The notes: generated by a model not told the origin, from the sequence alone. A stretch of DNA of 63,105 nt from an uncultured Gammaproteobacteria bacterium (GCA_964621305.1 CAZUOM010000002.1:1-63105); one strand, 5' to 3'; positions 30,994 through 41,086 are shown, counted from the first letter of the stretch. Numbers and translations: made by a program.

Positions 30994-31464
30994 TTATGTA
31001 TAACGGTCCGCCACTTTGCTTGCCGCGTAACTGTCTGGTTTGGTTTTGACGTTATAGCCACTACCGCGAATCATTCCAACGATTTCAGCGATCATCTCGC
31101 GCGTTTCACCGAATGCGCCGATATCAACATGGATCTCCACATCATACTTGGTTATACCATCTTTATGAAGGAGAGTAAGGACGGTATCCGCAGTCTCCAT
31201 TGAAAGGGCCGCCTCCTCATACATGCGCTGCCGCAGCACGTAGTGTTTTTTGTTAACCACTCGTTTCCAAAAATAAATGCCGCCGCGGCCTACCCTGTGG
31301 ATGACGATAGCCGTGACAAAATCAACTCCTGTCCCGTTATGCGGCTGGGAGTCGGTACCAACGACAATTTGGTATTTTCGTTCGGGCTCGCGGGCGAGAA
31401 AACTAAGGATGTGTTGCCGTACACCAGTCAACTCGAGGCTTCCGTAAGTCGGGCTCTGGAACAT
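30994..31464 (-). CDS. YkuK-family RNase H-like protein
   Basis: VGTDSQ, EIHVDIG, KP.SYAAS.VADRY; start MFQSP. Confidence 0.9.
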   Translation of the reverse strand: MFQSPTYGSLELTGVRQHILSFLAREPERKYQIVVGTDSQPHNGTGVDFVTAIVIHRVGRGGIYFWKRVVNKKHYVLRQRMYEEAALSMETADTVLTLLHKDGITKYDVEIHVDIGAFGETREMIAEIVGMIRGSGYNVKTKPDSYAASKVADRYT

Positions 31465-31523
31465 ACGCGCATATGGTAACAAACTGTTCACCAAGAGGCA
31501 ACTTAAACAATTTCCAACCGCAC

Positions 31524-31614
31524 ATCGCAGATGCACGCGGAGGCTACGCAGATAAACGCTCATATCATGTCTGCGCTCATCCGCGATATTTTTCCTTCCG
31601 CGTTGATCTGCGAT
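31524..31614. repeat. Intergenic inverted tandem-repeat element (CGCRGAN units, about 10-nt period)
   Basis: CGCAGAT/CGCGGAG/CGCAGAT then GTCTGCG/ATCCGCG/TTCCGCG/ATCTGCG; terminal ATCGCAGAT...ATCTGCGAT. Confidence 0.6.
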
Positions 31615-31881
31615 TTACTGTCTCGGTCGTTCTTCCCGAGGACGCGCCTCGTTGACAACCAACTTTCTCCCTTCCACGTCGTAGTTATTAAACATATGGA
31701 TCGCTTTGGCGGTTTCCTCGGGCGTGGACATTTCCACAAAGCCAAATCCGCGTGATCGACCAGAATATTTATCACTGATGACTTTTGCTGAAACCACACT
31801 ACCTGCTTGCGCAAACAGCTGGCCCAATGCATCAGAATCCATGGTGTATGGAAGGTTTCCTACAAATAGATTTGTAGCCAT
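31615..31881 (-). CDS. RRM-domain RNA-binding protein
   Basis: LFVGNL (RNP2), RGFGFVEM (RNP1), VVNEARPR. Confidence 0.95.
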   Translation of the reverse strand: MATNLFVGNLPYTMDSDALGQLFAQAGSVVSAKVISDKYSGRSRGFGFVEMSTPEETAKAIHMFNNYDVEGRKLVVNEARPREERPRQ

Positions 31882-32028
31882 ATAGGGACTCCTTTCTCCT
31901 TCGGAAGCAAGAGCGAGAACTGGGACACCCGAAAAAGAAAGTTCATTGGGTAACAATGAGGCTTTCTATGGAGCACCATCACACACTTCTTTCCTAGGTC
32001 AAAGGCAGTATACCACAAGTAAGCAAGT

Positions 32029-32625
32029 TCAATCAAGAACTTCCTCTTCTATAATCTCTTCGAGAGCGCTTTCACTGCTGGACGGAACCGACTCTTTCAC
32101 CATAAAGCTTGAAACAATTGTGTTATGAACATTAGACCAATAACTACCATATTCAAGCGTCGCTTCGATGGTAAATACAATACTATCTGAAATCGCTCCT
32201 ACGATGAGCATTTTTTCTGGGCTTGTTAAAAGTATCTTCTTTGCCGGTAGTCCACCAAGTGTTGTATCAAGGATACTAGCGCTGGAAAAACGCTTCTCGG
32301 TTTTGACCCACGCAGTCACATCCTGAGCATTAGTATCTTTAGCCCAAATAATGAGTTTGCCGGGGTGATCTTTCTTAGTAAGCTCGATGTGGGCGTAATT
32401 GTCTGTATCCTCATCGTGTTTGTTGACAGACAGATCTTTGGGGTATTGAAACTGAAATCCGGCCTGGTCATTCCATGTGGCCATTTCTACAGGACTAGTG
32501 GTTGGCGCAAAAACTGTAGAAAGAGCCTGCTTGTTGTTTTGCTTATCTGCCAAAAAAACTCCCGCTCCAGTGCCGCCAAAGAGGATGCCGAGGATGATAG
32601 CAATAAGTACTTTCCGATTCTTCAC
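32029..32625 (-). CDS. Hypothetical single-TM exported protein
   Basis: N-terminal TM followed by a beta-rich domain. Confidence 0.65.
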   Translation of the reverse strand: MKNRKVLIAIILGILFGGTGAGVFLADKQNNKQALSTVFAPTTSPVEMATWNDQAGFQFQYPKDLSVNKHDEDTDNYAHIELTKKDHPGKLIIWAKDTNAQDVTAWVKTEKRFSSASILDTTLGGLPAKKILLTSPEKMLIVGAISDSIVFTIEATLEYGSYWSNVHNTIVSSFMVKESVPSSSESALEEIIEEEVLD

Positions 32626-32643
32626 AGATGATATAATACTACC

Positions 32644-33063
32644 ATGAATCGACTGATGGTTTCTCTTCTATTTCTCTTTATCCTCGTTATGTTTTATGCC
32701 GTGCCGGCCGAGGCAGCCAAAAAAAGGGTGTTTAAATCGGGATCAAAAGGAAAAGCTGTTGCAGGAAGCTTTTCTACTGCAAGACTGTCGCGGGCAACCA
32801 ACAGCGTGGTTATCACTTTTCTCAACTTGAAAAAAGTCAAAAAGGTAACCTACACGTTAAGTTATACGGCAAATGGTATTGCTCAGGGAGTTGTTGGAAG
32901 CCTGGTTCCCACTGGCCTTGCTACCGATAGCCGCGACCTCTACTTTGGCACCTGTTCGGCTGGCGTGTGCACCCCGCACGGGAACATCACGGGCGCAACG
33001 TTAACCGTTTCAACGCAGCTAACCAGCGGCAGCAACGTCAAACGGTATCGGATAAAGGTGTAG
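32644..33063 (+). CDS. Hypothetical secreted protein
   Basis: Signal peptide ending PAEA; FGTCSAGVC. Confidence 0.65.
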   Translation: MNRLMVSLLFLFILVMFYAVPAEAAKKRVFKSGSKGKAVAGSFSTARLSRATNSVVITFLNLKKVKKVTYTLSYTANGIAQGVVGSLVPTGLATDSRDLYFGTCSAGVCTPHGNITGATLTVSTQLTSGSNVKRYRIKV

Positions 33064-33102
33064 GTAGACAAAAATTGCCAAAAACCCAATCTTCAACTTC
33101 AA

Positions 33103-33684
33103 TTAACTCCCACACGAGGCAGAACCAACGTTCGGATAGGCATAGTCAACTAAGCGATAGTTCAGCCCGGGCCGACCGTCCCAGACGCCCAAAAACGGCG
33201 CGCTACCAGACCCAACGGCTGTACCCGGAAGGTCAATAGCATGATTTTCTAAAACATAGTGAAAGTTGGGATGCGCTATTGCAAGAGCTATGCCGTCGGA
33301 CAGCGTGGCAGGCCGTTCGTTTCTACCAATATGGCTTCGCACCCAGTCAACGCTTTTGTCTCTATATTGCCGTCCGTCTTGTATCCAGATGAGTTTAAGA
33401 TTTGAGTAAGTAACCCCTCCTGCAGTATCATACCCTGCAGAAAGGTCGAAATAGATCCCTAGACCAGCAAAATCAGCTTGGGTTTTCAAATCTACGCTCG
33501 TACCGAGGGTTACAACTGGAATGAACTCTTTGGGTAATTTATCAGGACGAGGAGCAACGAGTACCATAATTCTATCTTTCAATACACCCAACCCACGGTA
33601 GATATTAGCCTGCCGTTCCAATTCGGCACTTAGCTTTGCTAAGCCCTCTTCTCTGTTACTAAATTCAAATTCAAATTGAGGCAT
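33103..33684 (-). CDS. DUF5701-like hypothetical protein
   Basis: RPATL.DGIAL...P...GSASC ending recalled for this family; start MPQ has TGGTATAAA 7 nt upstream. Confidence 0.55.
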   Translation of the reverse strand: MPQFEFEFSNREEGLAKLSAELERQANIYRGLGVLKDRIMVLVAPRPDKLPKEFIPVVTLGTSVDLKTQADFAGLGIYFDLSAGYDTAGGVTYSNLKLIWIQDGRQYRDKSVDWVRSHIGRNERPATLSDGIALAIAHPNFHYVLENHAIDLPGTAVGSGSAPFLGVWDGRPGLNYRLVDYAYPNVGSASCGS

Positions 33685-33755
33685 AATGCACTTTATACCA
33701 TACTTATAGGCCATTTGTCCAGTTTTCGGCTTTCTAACAAAGCAAAGGTTGTTCT

Positions 33756-34035
33756 TTATAGTAGTTGTGAGGTTGGGGTAAAGGTGATTTCCACTCCCTC
33801 CCGATTTTCTATTTTTTTGTTCGTCGAATGTAACAACCAAAGCTTTTTTCAACTGCTCTTTACGGCAGTAGTATAAGAGGTGTTCTAAATCGTTTTTTCT
33901 AATATGAGGTTGATATTTGATCTCAATTGGTAGCTTCCCGTCGCAGGCAACATGAAGAAAATCAACTTCTTTTACTTGCCTCTGGCGAAAAAAGTAGATT
34001 TCTCCTTGCTCCAGGCGTACAAGGTAATTTATCCA
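33756..34035 (-). pseudogene. 3' remnant of an AAA+/DUF4143 ATPase gene
   Basis: YFFR...EVDF......PIEIKY...ALVVT; a frameshift at A7 (33812-33818) restores ...GVEITFTPTSQLL*. No 5' part. Confidence 0.6.
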
Positions 34036-34101
34036 TAATTTGATTGTAAATGCACAGTTGCACTCAAAAGTGCAAACAATTTGATGATATCTGTCAAGTC
34101 G

Positions 34102-34773
34102 TCACCTTTTAACTATGAAGCCGATGGTGTTTGCCACAAGAAGTGCGAGGAGCAGCGGATCGGCAAGAGTGATTCCGAAGAAGCTTTGAGCCAGCACCAA
34201 AAACCCAACGAGTATTCCCCATCCCAAGCTCCATTTCCCTTGTACCGGCGAGGTTTTGGGCTCAGGAAGCATCACGAAGGCAAAGAGAAATACTGTTCCA
34301 TCAATCGTTAATCGAAGCGAGGTTGCGGCCATATATATAATAAAGAAGGTTAGTGGCATCCATTGGCGGCGCAGCCTCCATAATATAGGAAGCATCCCGA
34401 CCGCAATAATCGCAACCGGTAACATTCCCCATGCCGCCCCCCACCAGGCAACGGGCCGATTAAATATAAGCGAGGAGAACATAATCCCGAATGCCGCAGG
34501 GTTAAAAATGTGCTTATGTTTTCCTATTCTTGCCAGAATACAGGCAACCAAAACCGGCAAAACTCCCGCCATTGGATCAAAAATCAAGCCTATCAATAAG
34601 CCGGTTACAATCGAAGACAGAGAAGGATTTAATATTGAAGAAGCAAAAACCGCTAACAAAACATTTAAAACCAAATTGATTTGAAAATGGTTGGCGAGAC
34701 TGACAATCCACAAAACGAGAAGAACAACAATAACTTTCCCTCTACTATCCGCCCAGTAAGGTTTTAGATCCAT
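34102..34773 (-). CDS. Short RnfD/NqrB-like membrane protein
   Basis: KHIFNPAAFG, VAWWG, FVMLPEPKTSP. Confidence 0.7.
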   Translation of the reverse strand: MDLKPYWADSRGKVIVVLLVLWIVSLANHFQINLVLNVLLAVFASSILNPSLSSIVTGLLIGLIFDPMAGVLPVLVACILARIGKHKHIFNPAAFGIMFSSLIFNRPVAWWGAAWGMLPVAIIAVGMLPILWRLRRQWMPLTFFIIYMAATSLRLTIDGTVFLFAFVMLPEPKTSPVQGKWSLGWGILVGFLVLAQSFFGITLADPLLLALLVANTIGFIVKR

Positions 34774-34833
34774 TATTTTACTATAACACTCAATCTTGAC
34801 AAAAGCCCAAAAAACGTTCAAGCTAGTAAAGTA

Positions 34834-35130
34834 ATGAAAAAGTTCGTCCTCACCCTCGTTATCCTTATTCTTATTACTGCAATTGCAGTAGCCGGATATT
34901 TTGGCTACACGCAGATAACACAGTCAAAGGCCGCCTCAACAATCCAAACAGGAATAGCACTCCCTAGCTTATTAGTCAATCCGTTTATTGAAAAGCCTGC
35001 CAGCGGATTTGGTGGCGCCTCCATGGTCCAGACATTGTTTACTGAGCCCACGCCAACTTATCAGAATCCATTCGGATCAACGCGGTCGGGAAACCCGTCA
35101 TACCAGAATCCTTTTGAGGCACTACGATGA
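34834..35130 (+). CDS. Hypothetical single-TM protein
   Basis: N-terminal TM; YQNPF repeated in the tail. Confidence 0.6.
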   Translation: MKKFVLTLVILILITAIAVAGYFGYTQITQSKAASTIQTGIALPSLLVNPFIEKPASGFGGASMVQTLFTEPTPTYQNPFGSTRSGNPSYQNPFEALR

Positions 35131-35131
35131 T

Positions 35132-36328
35132 ATGCAAACTTCAAACTTAAAAATGAAAACTTTAAACTTTTTAAAACTCTGTGTTTTTCTTTTCGTATTT
35201 ATCATTTTGAATTTTAAAGTTTTAAGTTTACCGTTCCCTTCTATATTCGCCCAATCCCGCTTGACCTATCCGATCCCCGAGCTCGGCTTTTGCCGAGACG
35301 CCAAGGAGTGCTACCTCTACTGTCAGATTCCAGAAAACAAGGCTGCTTGTTGGTCGTACGGCAAATACAAACTTGGTCCGCAAGTCTTGGGCGCAAACAC
35401 CATGAGCGAAGAAGAAAAGCGCTTTATGCGGGAGAAAGCCAAACAGTACGGTATCACCTTCCCCATTGCCGAGCTGGATAACTGCGCGGGGCCGGCTGAA
35501 TGTCGCGACTTCTGTGAACAACCTAATAATCACCAGACATGCATGGACTTTGCCAAGAAAAAAGGCTTTGCCAGAGAGATGGACCAGCGTCCTGGGGGCA
35601 TTGCCCAAGAGAAGCGACTGCAAATCATGCAAAGTGCTCAAAGAGAACTTGGCTGTACCTCGATGGAAAGCTGCAGGAACGTCTGTGAACAGGACCAGGC
35701 TCGCTGCGAGGCTTTCGCCAAAAAATACGGCCTAACTCAAGAACCGCCTGCTGAGTATCGGCAAAAGAAGGAAGAAATGATGAAAAAAGCCCGTGTTGAT
35801 CTTGGTTGTGACTCGATGGAATCCTGTCGCAGTGTCTGTGAAAAAAATCCGGAGCGCTGCATGCAATTTGCCCGGCGTCACGGCTTTGACCGAGGATCGC
35901 ATCCGCAGTCGCCTCCACCAGAGGCATCGCCAAACTACGGGATCCAACGGTTTGGCAAAGGCGGTTGTGATAGCCAAGATTCCTGCAAAAAATACTGCCA
36001 GGAACACCCTGATGAATGCCCTGGATTCCAGGGGTACACACGTGCCATAGAGGGCGGGGTCTCCTCACAACAAAGCCCAGGAACCTACGTGGGTCCCACC
36101 GGCTGCCGCTCTGAGACAGAGTGTAAAGGTTTTTGCGAAACCAACCCAGACAAATGTCCCGGATTTAGGCAGTCCCAGCAGAAAATGCCCACGTATCAAG
36201 AGCAATATCCCTACCAACCGCCTTCCGTGTCCCCGTATCCCAGCTACGCGCCAGGAGGGGGCACCTACCTCGAGCCAATACCCATCTCCTATCCTACTTA
36301 TTCCACCACACCCAACACACAACCATAA
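35132..36328 (+). CDS. Secreted Cys-rich repeat protein
   Basis: Six C-x5-C-x3-C-x6/8-C units; the N-terminus is built from 7-nt micro-repeats. Confidence 0.75.
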   Translation: MQTSNLKMKTLNFLKLCVFLFVFIILNFKVLSLPFPSIFAQSRLTYPIPELGFCRDAKECYLYCQIPENKAACWSYGKYKLGPQVLGANTMSEEEKRFMREKAKQYGITFPIAELDNCAGPAECRDFCEQPNNHQTCMDFAKKKGFAREMDQRPGGIAQEKRLQIMQSAQRELGCTSMESCRNVCEQDQARCEAFAKKYGLTQEPPAEYRQKKEEMMKKARVDLGCDSMESCRSVCEKNPERCMQFARRHGFDRGSHPQSPPPEASPNYGIQRFGKGGCDSQDSCKKYCQEHPDECPGFQGYTRAIEGGVSSQQSPGTYVGPTGCRSETECKGFCETNPDKCPGFRQSQQKMPTYQEQYPYQPPSVSPYPSYAPGGGTYLEPIPISYPTYSTTPNTQP

Positions 36329-36369
36329 CACCCTTCACGATGAAACTCCAAAAGAAGTAAAGGAAAAAG

Positions 36370-37161
36370 TTAGTCCTCGGCGAGGATAACGAAGGTGAAG
36401 AGTTTGTGGCCAGGGCCAAGCTCGCGTTCAAAAAGCGCAACGTGGTTGTTGCCTTTCACCTGCTTACCCCACTCTTTCCGATCATCAAGGTCTCCTTTTG
36501 CCGCCTCTGCTTGTGATTGACCGAGTGTTTGTCCTACGGTAGTCGTGCTATCCAAATGTGCGTAGATTGCCTCCAGCTGTTCGTAGTCGTGGGCATTGGG
36601 ATGTTCATTGCTGGGCGGTCCGGCTGGGTTACTGGTGTAGTCCATGCAGGTTCCGAGGTTGGAGTTGCTAAAGTTCACGTCCTGATGATCCAGTCCAAAC
36701 TCATGTCCTATCTCTTGGCACATGACGAGGTTTTTCCACGCTGGGGTGTTGTACTTGGCGGTAGTAAAGTATGTGTCATTAACTTTAGTTACTCCCTGAT
36801 AGATGTGGCTGCCGCTTACCCAGATCTGTGCCAACCCCAGCCAGCCGTTTGCGCCGTACTTGTAGTTGCAGACCTCCACTCGGCCATTGGTCGGTCGACA
36901 TGTCCTCGGGTTTTTCCCACCGGCAACAATGGTCGTATCAAGAACTGAAGACTTGTTCCAGTCGCTCGACGTTGTTCCTAAAAACGGATCCCAGGCTGAG
37001 GAAAGGTTGTCACTAAGCTTAAGGGTAAATGGGTTGGCGGCTCGTGCCCAATGGTAAGCTCCCCACGAGTGGCTGGCAAAAACAAGCACTGGAAACACCA
37101 ATAGAGGAAGAATGGTTGCACCGATACTAAAGTGACGAGGAGATAGAGAACGTCGTTTCAT
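36370..37161 (-). CDS. Secreted metzincin-like protease
   Basis: Signal peptide; QEIGHEFGLDH; Met-turn CMDY. Confidence 0.7.
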   Translation of the reverse strand: MKRRSLSPRHFSIGATILPLLVFPVLVFASHSWGAYHWARAANPFTLKLSDNLSSAWDPFLGTTSSDWNKSSVLDTTIVAGGKNPRTCRPTNGRVEVCNYKYGANGWLGLAQIWVSGSHIYQGVTKVNDTYFTTAKYNTPAWKNLVMCQEIGHEFGLDHQDVNFSNSNLGTCMDYTSNPAGPPSNEHPNAHDYEQLEAIYAHLDSTTTVGQTLGQSQAEAAKGDLDDRKEWGKQVKGNNHVALFERELGPGHKLFTFVILAED

Positions 37162-37260
37162 GAAACCATTGCATATGGTACTAAAGAAATCGGCCCCGTG
37201 TCAACTGCAACTAGCGGCCTTTGGCGTAACTCCCAACTCTTTGTTATTATAAAGCTCACC

Positions 37261-37583
37261 ATGAACCTAATCGATTTTTCCTTGCCACTTGATAGTTCCA
37301 CGCGACCATGGACTGGAGACCCGCCGGTAAAAGTCGAACCGGTCTACACCCACTGGCCAACGCTTTAGTTGCTGCGAGAATAAAAATCGTCGGCCTAGAT
37401 AGTCCGAGTCCGGATAAAGACCCCTACACCATCCACAAAATTCTTTTATAAAACGAGGTTCTCATAATCGAAAACCTCTGCAATCTTGATAAGCTAATTG
37501 GAAAAAGGTTCAAAGTCTATGCTTTCCCGCTCAAAACCCCAACCGACGGCATACCTCTGCGGGTCGTTGCAGAAATTATCTGA
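37261..37583 (+). pseudogene. Cyclase/kynurenine formamidase pseudogene
   Basis: MNLIDFSLPL....W.GDP.V, then IVGLDSPSPD...IIENL.NL...AFPLK.....PLRVVA; the HxGTHxD region is missing and there are internal stops. Confidence 0.75.
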
Positions 37584-37687
37584 TGAAAAATAAACCACAT
37601 CTCCATCATTTCTGGCTTATGGTCGCCGCTCCAACTTCCGAGTAAAAAATCTTCTTCTGCCAGTTTCCAATAGCGATAATGTGAGGG

Positions 37688-38773
37688 TTACTCAAGATAA
37701 TCTTTTAGTTTCTTGCTCCTGCTTGGATGTCTCAACTTTCTTAGCGCTTTCGCCTCTATTTGCCGAATGCGTTCGCGCGTAACACCGAACTGAGCGCCAA
37801 CCTCCTCAAGCGTCCTCGGACGGCCGTCTTCCAAGCCAAACCGCAAAATAAGAACTCGCTTCTCTCTGTCAGAAAGGGTGGCAAGCACTTCTTCCATGTG
37901 TTCTTTCAGTAGTTGCCGAGACGTTACTTCATACGGAGTAGGACCGGGGTCAGAAATAAAATCACCCAAGTGGCTATCTTCTTCATCTCCTACTGGTGTC
38001 TCAAGGCTCGTAGGTTCCTGAGAAACCTTCATGATCTCTCGAACTTTTGTTACATCTATCTGCATAATCTTTGCAACTTCTTCCGGCGACGGTTCCCGAC
38101 CTAAATCCTGCATTAGACGACGGCTAGCACGCACAAACCGATTGATCGTCTCAACCATATGAACAGGAATCCTTATGGTACGAGCTTGGTCGGCTATGGC
38201 ACGGGTGATGGCCTGCCGGATCCACCAGGTGGCGTAGGTAGAAAACTTGTATCCCTTTCTCCAATCATATTTTTCTACTGCACGGATGAGCCCCTGATTG
38301 CCTTCCTGAATAAGATCTAAAAGACTCATGCCGCGACCGATATATTTTTTGGCAATGGAAACAACGAGCCGAAGATTACTTTCAGTCAACCTGGTCTTAG
38401 CTTGTTTGTCGCCTTTTTCGTAACGCTTGGCCAAGGAAATTTCGTCGGCAAATACCAAGAGCGGGATTCTGCCGATCTCTTTGAGGTACATCCGCACCGG
38501 ATCAGAAACCCCTTCTTCACTAGCACGAACCAGCGCCTCAATCTCTTTCTCTAGCTCTACAATGCTTTTGCTCGCTTCTTTCTCTATGTCTTGTGATGTA
38601 GTTTCAAAAACATCAATGCGTGCTTTTATTAGCTGATCATAAAGGTAATCTAGGTCTTTGATGTGTTCCTCTGGTTTTGGGTAAAGTGCAAAAATATCGT
38701 CTTGAGTGACAAAACCATTTTCTTTTCCTTCTGCAAGCAGATCAGCTATTGTTGTAATGGGCTTTGCTTTCAC
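37688..38773 (-). CDS. rpoD: Primary sigma factor RpoD
   Basis: [42 protein letters not shown]. Confidence 0.98.
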   Translation of the reverse strand: MKAKPITTIADLLAEGKENGFVTQDDIFALYPKPEEHIKDLDYLYDQLIKARIDVFETTSQDIEKEASKSIVELEKEIEALVRASEEGVSDPVRMYLKEIGRIPLLVFADEISLAKRYEKGDKQAKTRLTESNLRLVVSIAKKYIGRGMSLLDLIQEGNQGLIRAVEKYDWRKGYKFSTYATWWIRQAITRAIADQARTIRIPVHMVETINRFVRASRRLMQDLGREPSPEEVAKIMQIDVTKVREIMKVSQEPTSLETPVGDEEDSHLGDFISDPGPTPYEVTSRQLLKEHMEEVLATLSDREKRVLILRFGLEDGRPRTLEEVGAQFGVTRERIRQIEAKALRKLRHPSRSKKLKDYLE

Positions 38774-38791
38774 GGTGCGGACTTTATTCTA

Positions 38792-40576
38792 TCAAACCGA
38801 GGCTGATTTAACTAGAGCACTAAGGCTTTTAGTTGACTGGGTCAGTGCTTTTTCTGCCTGAATGTATGCATTGCTGCCCACCTTAAAAATTTTCAACTGT
38901 TTAGAAATATCATTGATATCATGCCTCAAGTGTACTTCTCTCAGGCTCCGGAATGCCTTTGACCATTCTTGAATGAGTGCATTTTCATCATCCACGATAT
39001 CAGCTATATCCCATAAAAACGCCCTATCTAGTGTCGACAACAACTCCTTGGGGAGGCTCGCAGCAAACTCTTTGACAATAAATTGTCTAGAGCCTTTTAT
39101 ATAACCAAAAAGATGAGAAAGGGCTTGATGAACTGGCGCATAAAAAAATTTTTCTATTGGTAAAGCTTCAACAAGTTCTTCAAAAAACTCTTGTGTTTTG
39201 CCTTGCACTATCAATGCAAGCACGTAAAGCTCAAGTTTTTCTACCCTGTTCAACGCATCCGTCGTCGATCGTTGCTCCGACATTGGTATCGGTGTCCCGA
39301 CTGTCTTTGCTGCTTTCTTCACTGCCTCATCAATGGCCACTTCTGATACATCAAGGGCTTTAGCGAATTTTTTTATGTAATGCTCTTTGACAATTGGATT
39401 GTCTATGGTGGCAATAATCGGCAACAGCTCATCGGTTGCTTGTTTCTTGCCATAGGCGGAGGCCACGTCAAAACGCCCAAGAGCGGAGGAAATAAAATAA
39501 TCATACATCGGCTGGGCGTCTTTGATGGCTTTTTTGAGCAGCCCGGCGCTTTGACGAGCCGCCGCGTCCGGGTCTTTGCCCAATGGCATCGTGGCAACAG
39601 CCAACTCCAGCCCTGCTTTGTCTGCTAAGGCTATCCCCCGTCTGGCCGCCGCGTCTCCAGCTGGGTCGCTGTCGAGCGCAAAAATAACCTTTTGAGCAAA
39701 ACGCTTAAGTAAATGTACGTGACCTTCCGTCAGTGCAGACCCCTTAATGGCCACAACGTTGCTAATCCCTGCTTGGAAAGAAGAAATGGCGTCAAACTCT
39801 CCTTCAACAAGGACTGCCTCATTGGCTTTTGCTATAGCATCTTTTGTCACATCCAGCCCGTAGAGCAGGTTCCCCTTGCCGTATACCGACGTCTCGGATG
39901 TATTTATATACTTAGCTTCTTTTGCATCTTTATCTAGAAGCCTTCCGGAAAATCCTACGACGTTGCCTCTGTGATCTTTGAGTGTAAACATGAGCCTACC
40001 GCGGAAGCGATCATAGCCGCCGCGGGAGGACGGCACAAGCAGGCTCGCTTTCTCCAGAAGCCCTGCTTCATAGCCTTTTTTTGAAAGATACTTCAGTAGT
40101 CCATCCCAACTGTTTGGGCTATAGCCGAGCCCGAATGTTTTGATGGATTTTTCAGATACTCCGCGGCTTTCCAGATATACACGCGCTTTCTCTCCTAGAG
40201 AATGCTTCATTAATAGATACTGGTAAAACTCGCTAGCCAGATGATTCACCTCATAGAGTTTCTGCTTGAGCTTTGCCTCCGGCGTATCTGCAGACCTTCG
40301 TTCAAGGACCACCCCTGCTTTTTCCGCAAGCGTTTGGAGAGCCTCAAGAAAATCCACATGTTCGTACTCCATGACAAAATCAATCACCGATCCGCCTTTG
40401 CCACAGCCGAAACAGTGCCAGGTCTGACGCTCAGGGCTTACCATAAACGATGGTGTTTTCTCCGAGTGAAACGGACAAAGAGCCTTAAAGTGGCGTCCGG
40501 CTTTCTTAAGCGTCACGCGGCCGCTGACAACATCAACAATATTTAACCGGGACTTAACCTCGTCAATATCGCTCAT
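38792..40576 (-). CDS. dnaG: DNA primase
   Basis: CPFHSEKTPSF...CFGC zinc finger, KYINT.ET, VEGEFD, DSDPAG. Confidence 0.97.
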   Translation of the reverse strand: MSDIDEVKSRLNIVDVVSGRVTLKKAGRHFKALCPFHSEKTPSFMVSPERQTWHCFGCGKGGSVIDFVMEYEHVDFLEALQTLAEKAGVVLERRSADTPEAKLKQKLYEVNHLASEFYQYLLMKHSLGEKARVYLESRGVSEKSIKTFGLGYSPNSWDGLLKYLSKKGYEAGLLEKASLLVPSSRGGYDRFRGRLMFTLKDHRGNVVGFSGRLLDKDAKEAKYINTSETSVYGKGNLLYGLDVTKDAIAKANEAVLVEGEFDAISSFQAGISNVVAIKGSALTEGHVHLLKRFAQKVIFALDSDPAGDAAARRGIALADKAGLELAVATMPLGKDPDAAARQSAGLLKKAIKDAQPMYDYFISSALGRFDVASAYGKKQATDELLPIIATIDNPIVKEHYIKKFAKALDVSEVAIDEAVKKAAKTVGTPIPMSEQRSTTDALNRVEKLELYVLALIVQGKTQEFFEELVEALPIEKFFYAPVHQALSHLFGYIKGSRQFIVKEFAASLPKELLSTLDRAFLWDIADIVDDENALIQEWSKAFRSLREVHLRHDINDISKQLKIFKVGSNAYIQAEKALTQSTKSLSALVKSASV

Positions 40577-40650
40577 TGCAAGGCGAAGAATAACACAAAT
40601 TGCGATACAGGTCGAACGATAAAAGTCACTTCACCAGAGGTCTCTAATAA

Positions 40651-40761
40651 TTAACGGCCTAGGCTTCTCTTTGGCCAATTTTTTACCATAATTACAACGG
40701 CAACTGCCAAGAGGGCATTTACAATGCCTGCAACGAGAATCCATTGATCGATGCTATTCAT
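40651..40761 (-). CDS. Possible 36-aa single-TM peptide
   Basis: MNSIDQWILVAGIVNALLAVAVVIMVKNWPKRSLGR; GGAAGG upstream. Confidence 0.3.
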   Translation of the reverse strand: MNSIDQWILVAGIVNALLAVAVVIMVKNWPKRSLGR

Positions 40762-40971
40762 GACAACCTTCCTTTCATGGCTAACCAAATAGAGGCAAAC
40801 ATCAACTTGCTTGCTATTTCCACTCTTTGCGTATTCTTTTTCTCCATGCCTCTACCACTCTTTTATTTTTCCAGTTTGGATGATTTCTTTTCCATTTACC
40901 AGTGGCAACAAAATTTTTTGCTATGGTCCCTGGCTCTATCTTTCGATCAGATAATACTGTTTTCATATCGA

Positions 40972-41060
40972 TGGCGGTGGGGGCGAGATTCGAACTCGCG
41001 CGTGCCTTGCGGCACATCTGCTCTCCAAGCAGACGCAATGGGCCTCTATGCGACCCCACC
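40972..41060 (-). tRNA. tRNA-Ser(GGA)
   Basis: Long variable arm GTGCC-GCAA-GGCAC, anticodon loop TTGGAGA, encoded CCA. Confidence 0.93.
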
Positions 41061-41086
41061 TACGGTTTCTCCCTTAACACGCTTTG

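Noticed and set aside
33685-33852. N-terminal extension of the 249-aa ORF
   Set aside because: It is the frameshifted tail of the ATPase remnant; a promoter precedes ATG 33684.
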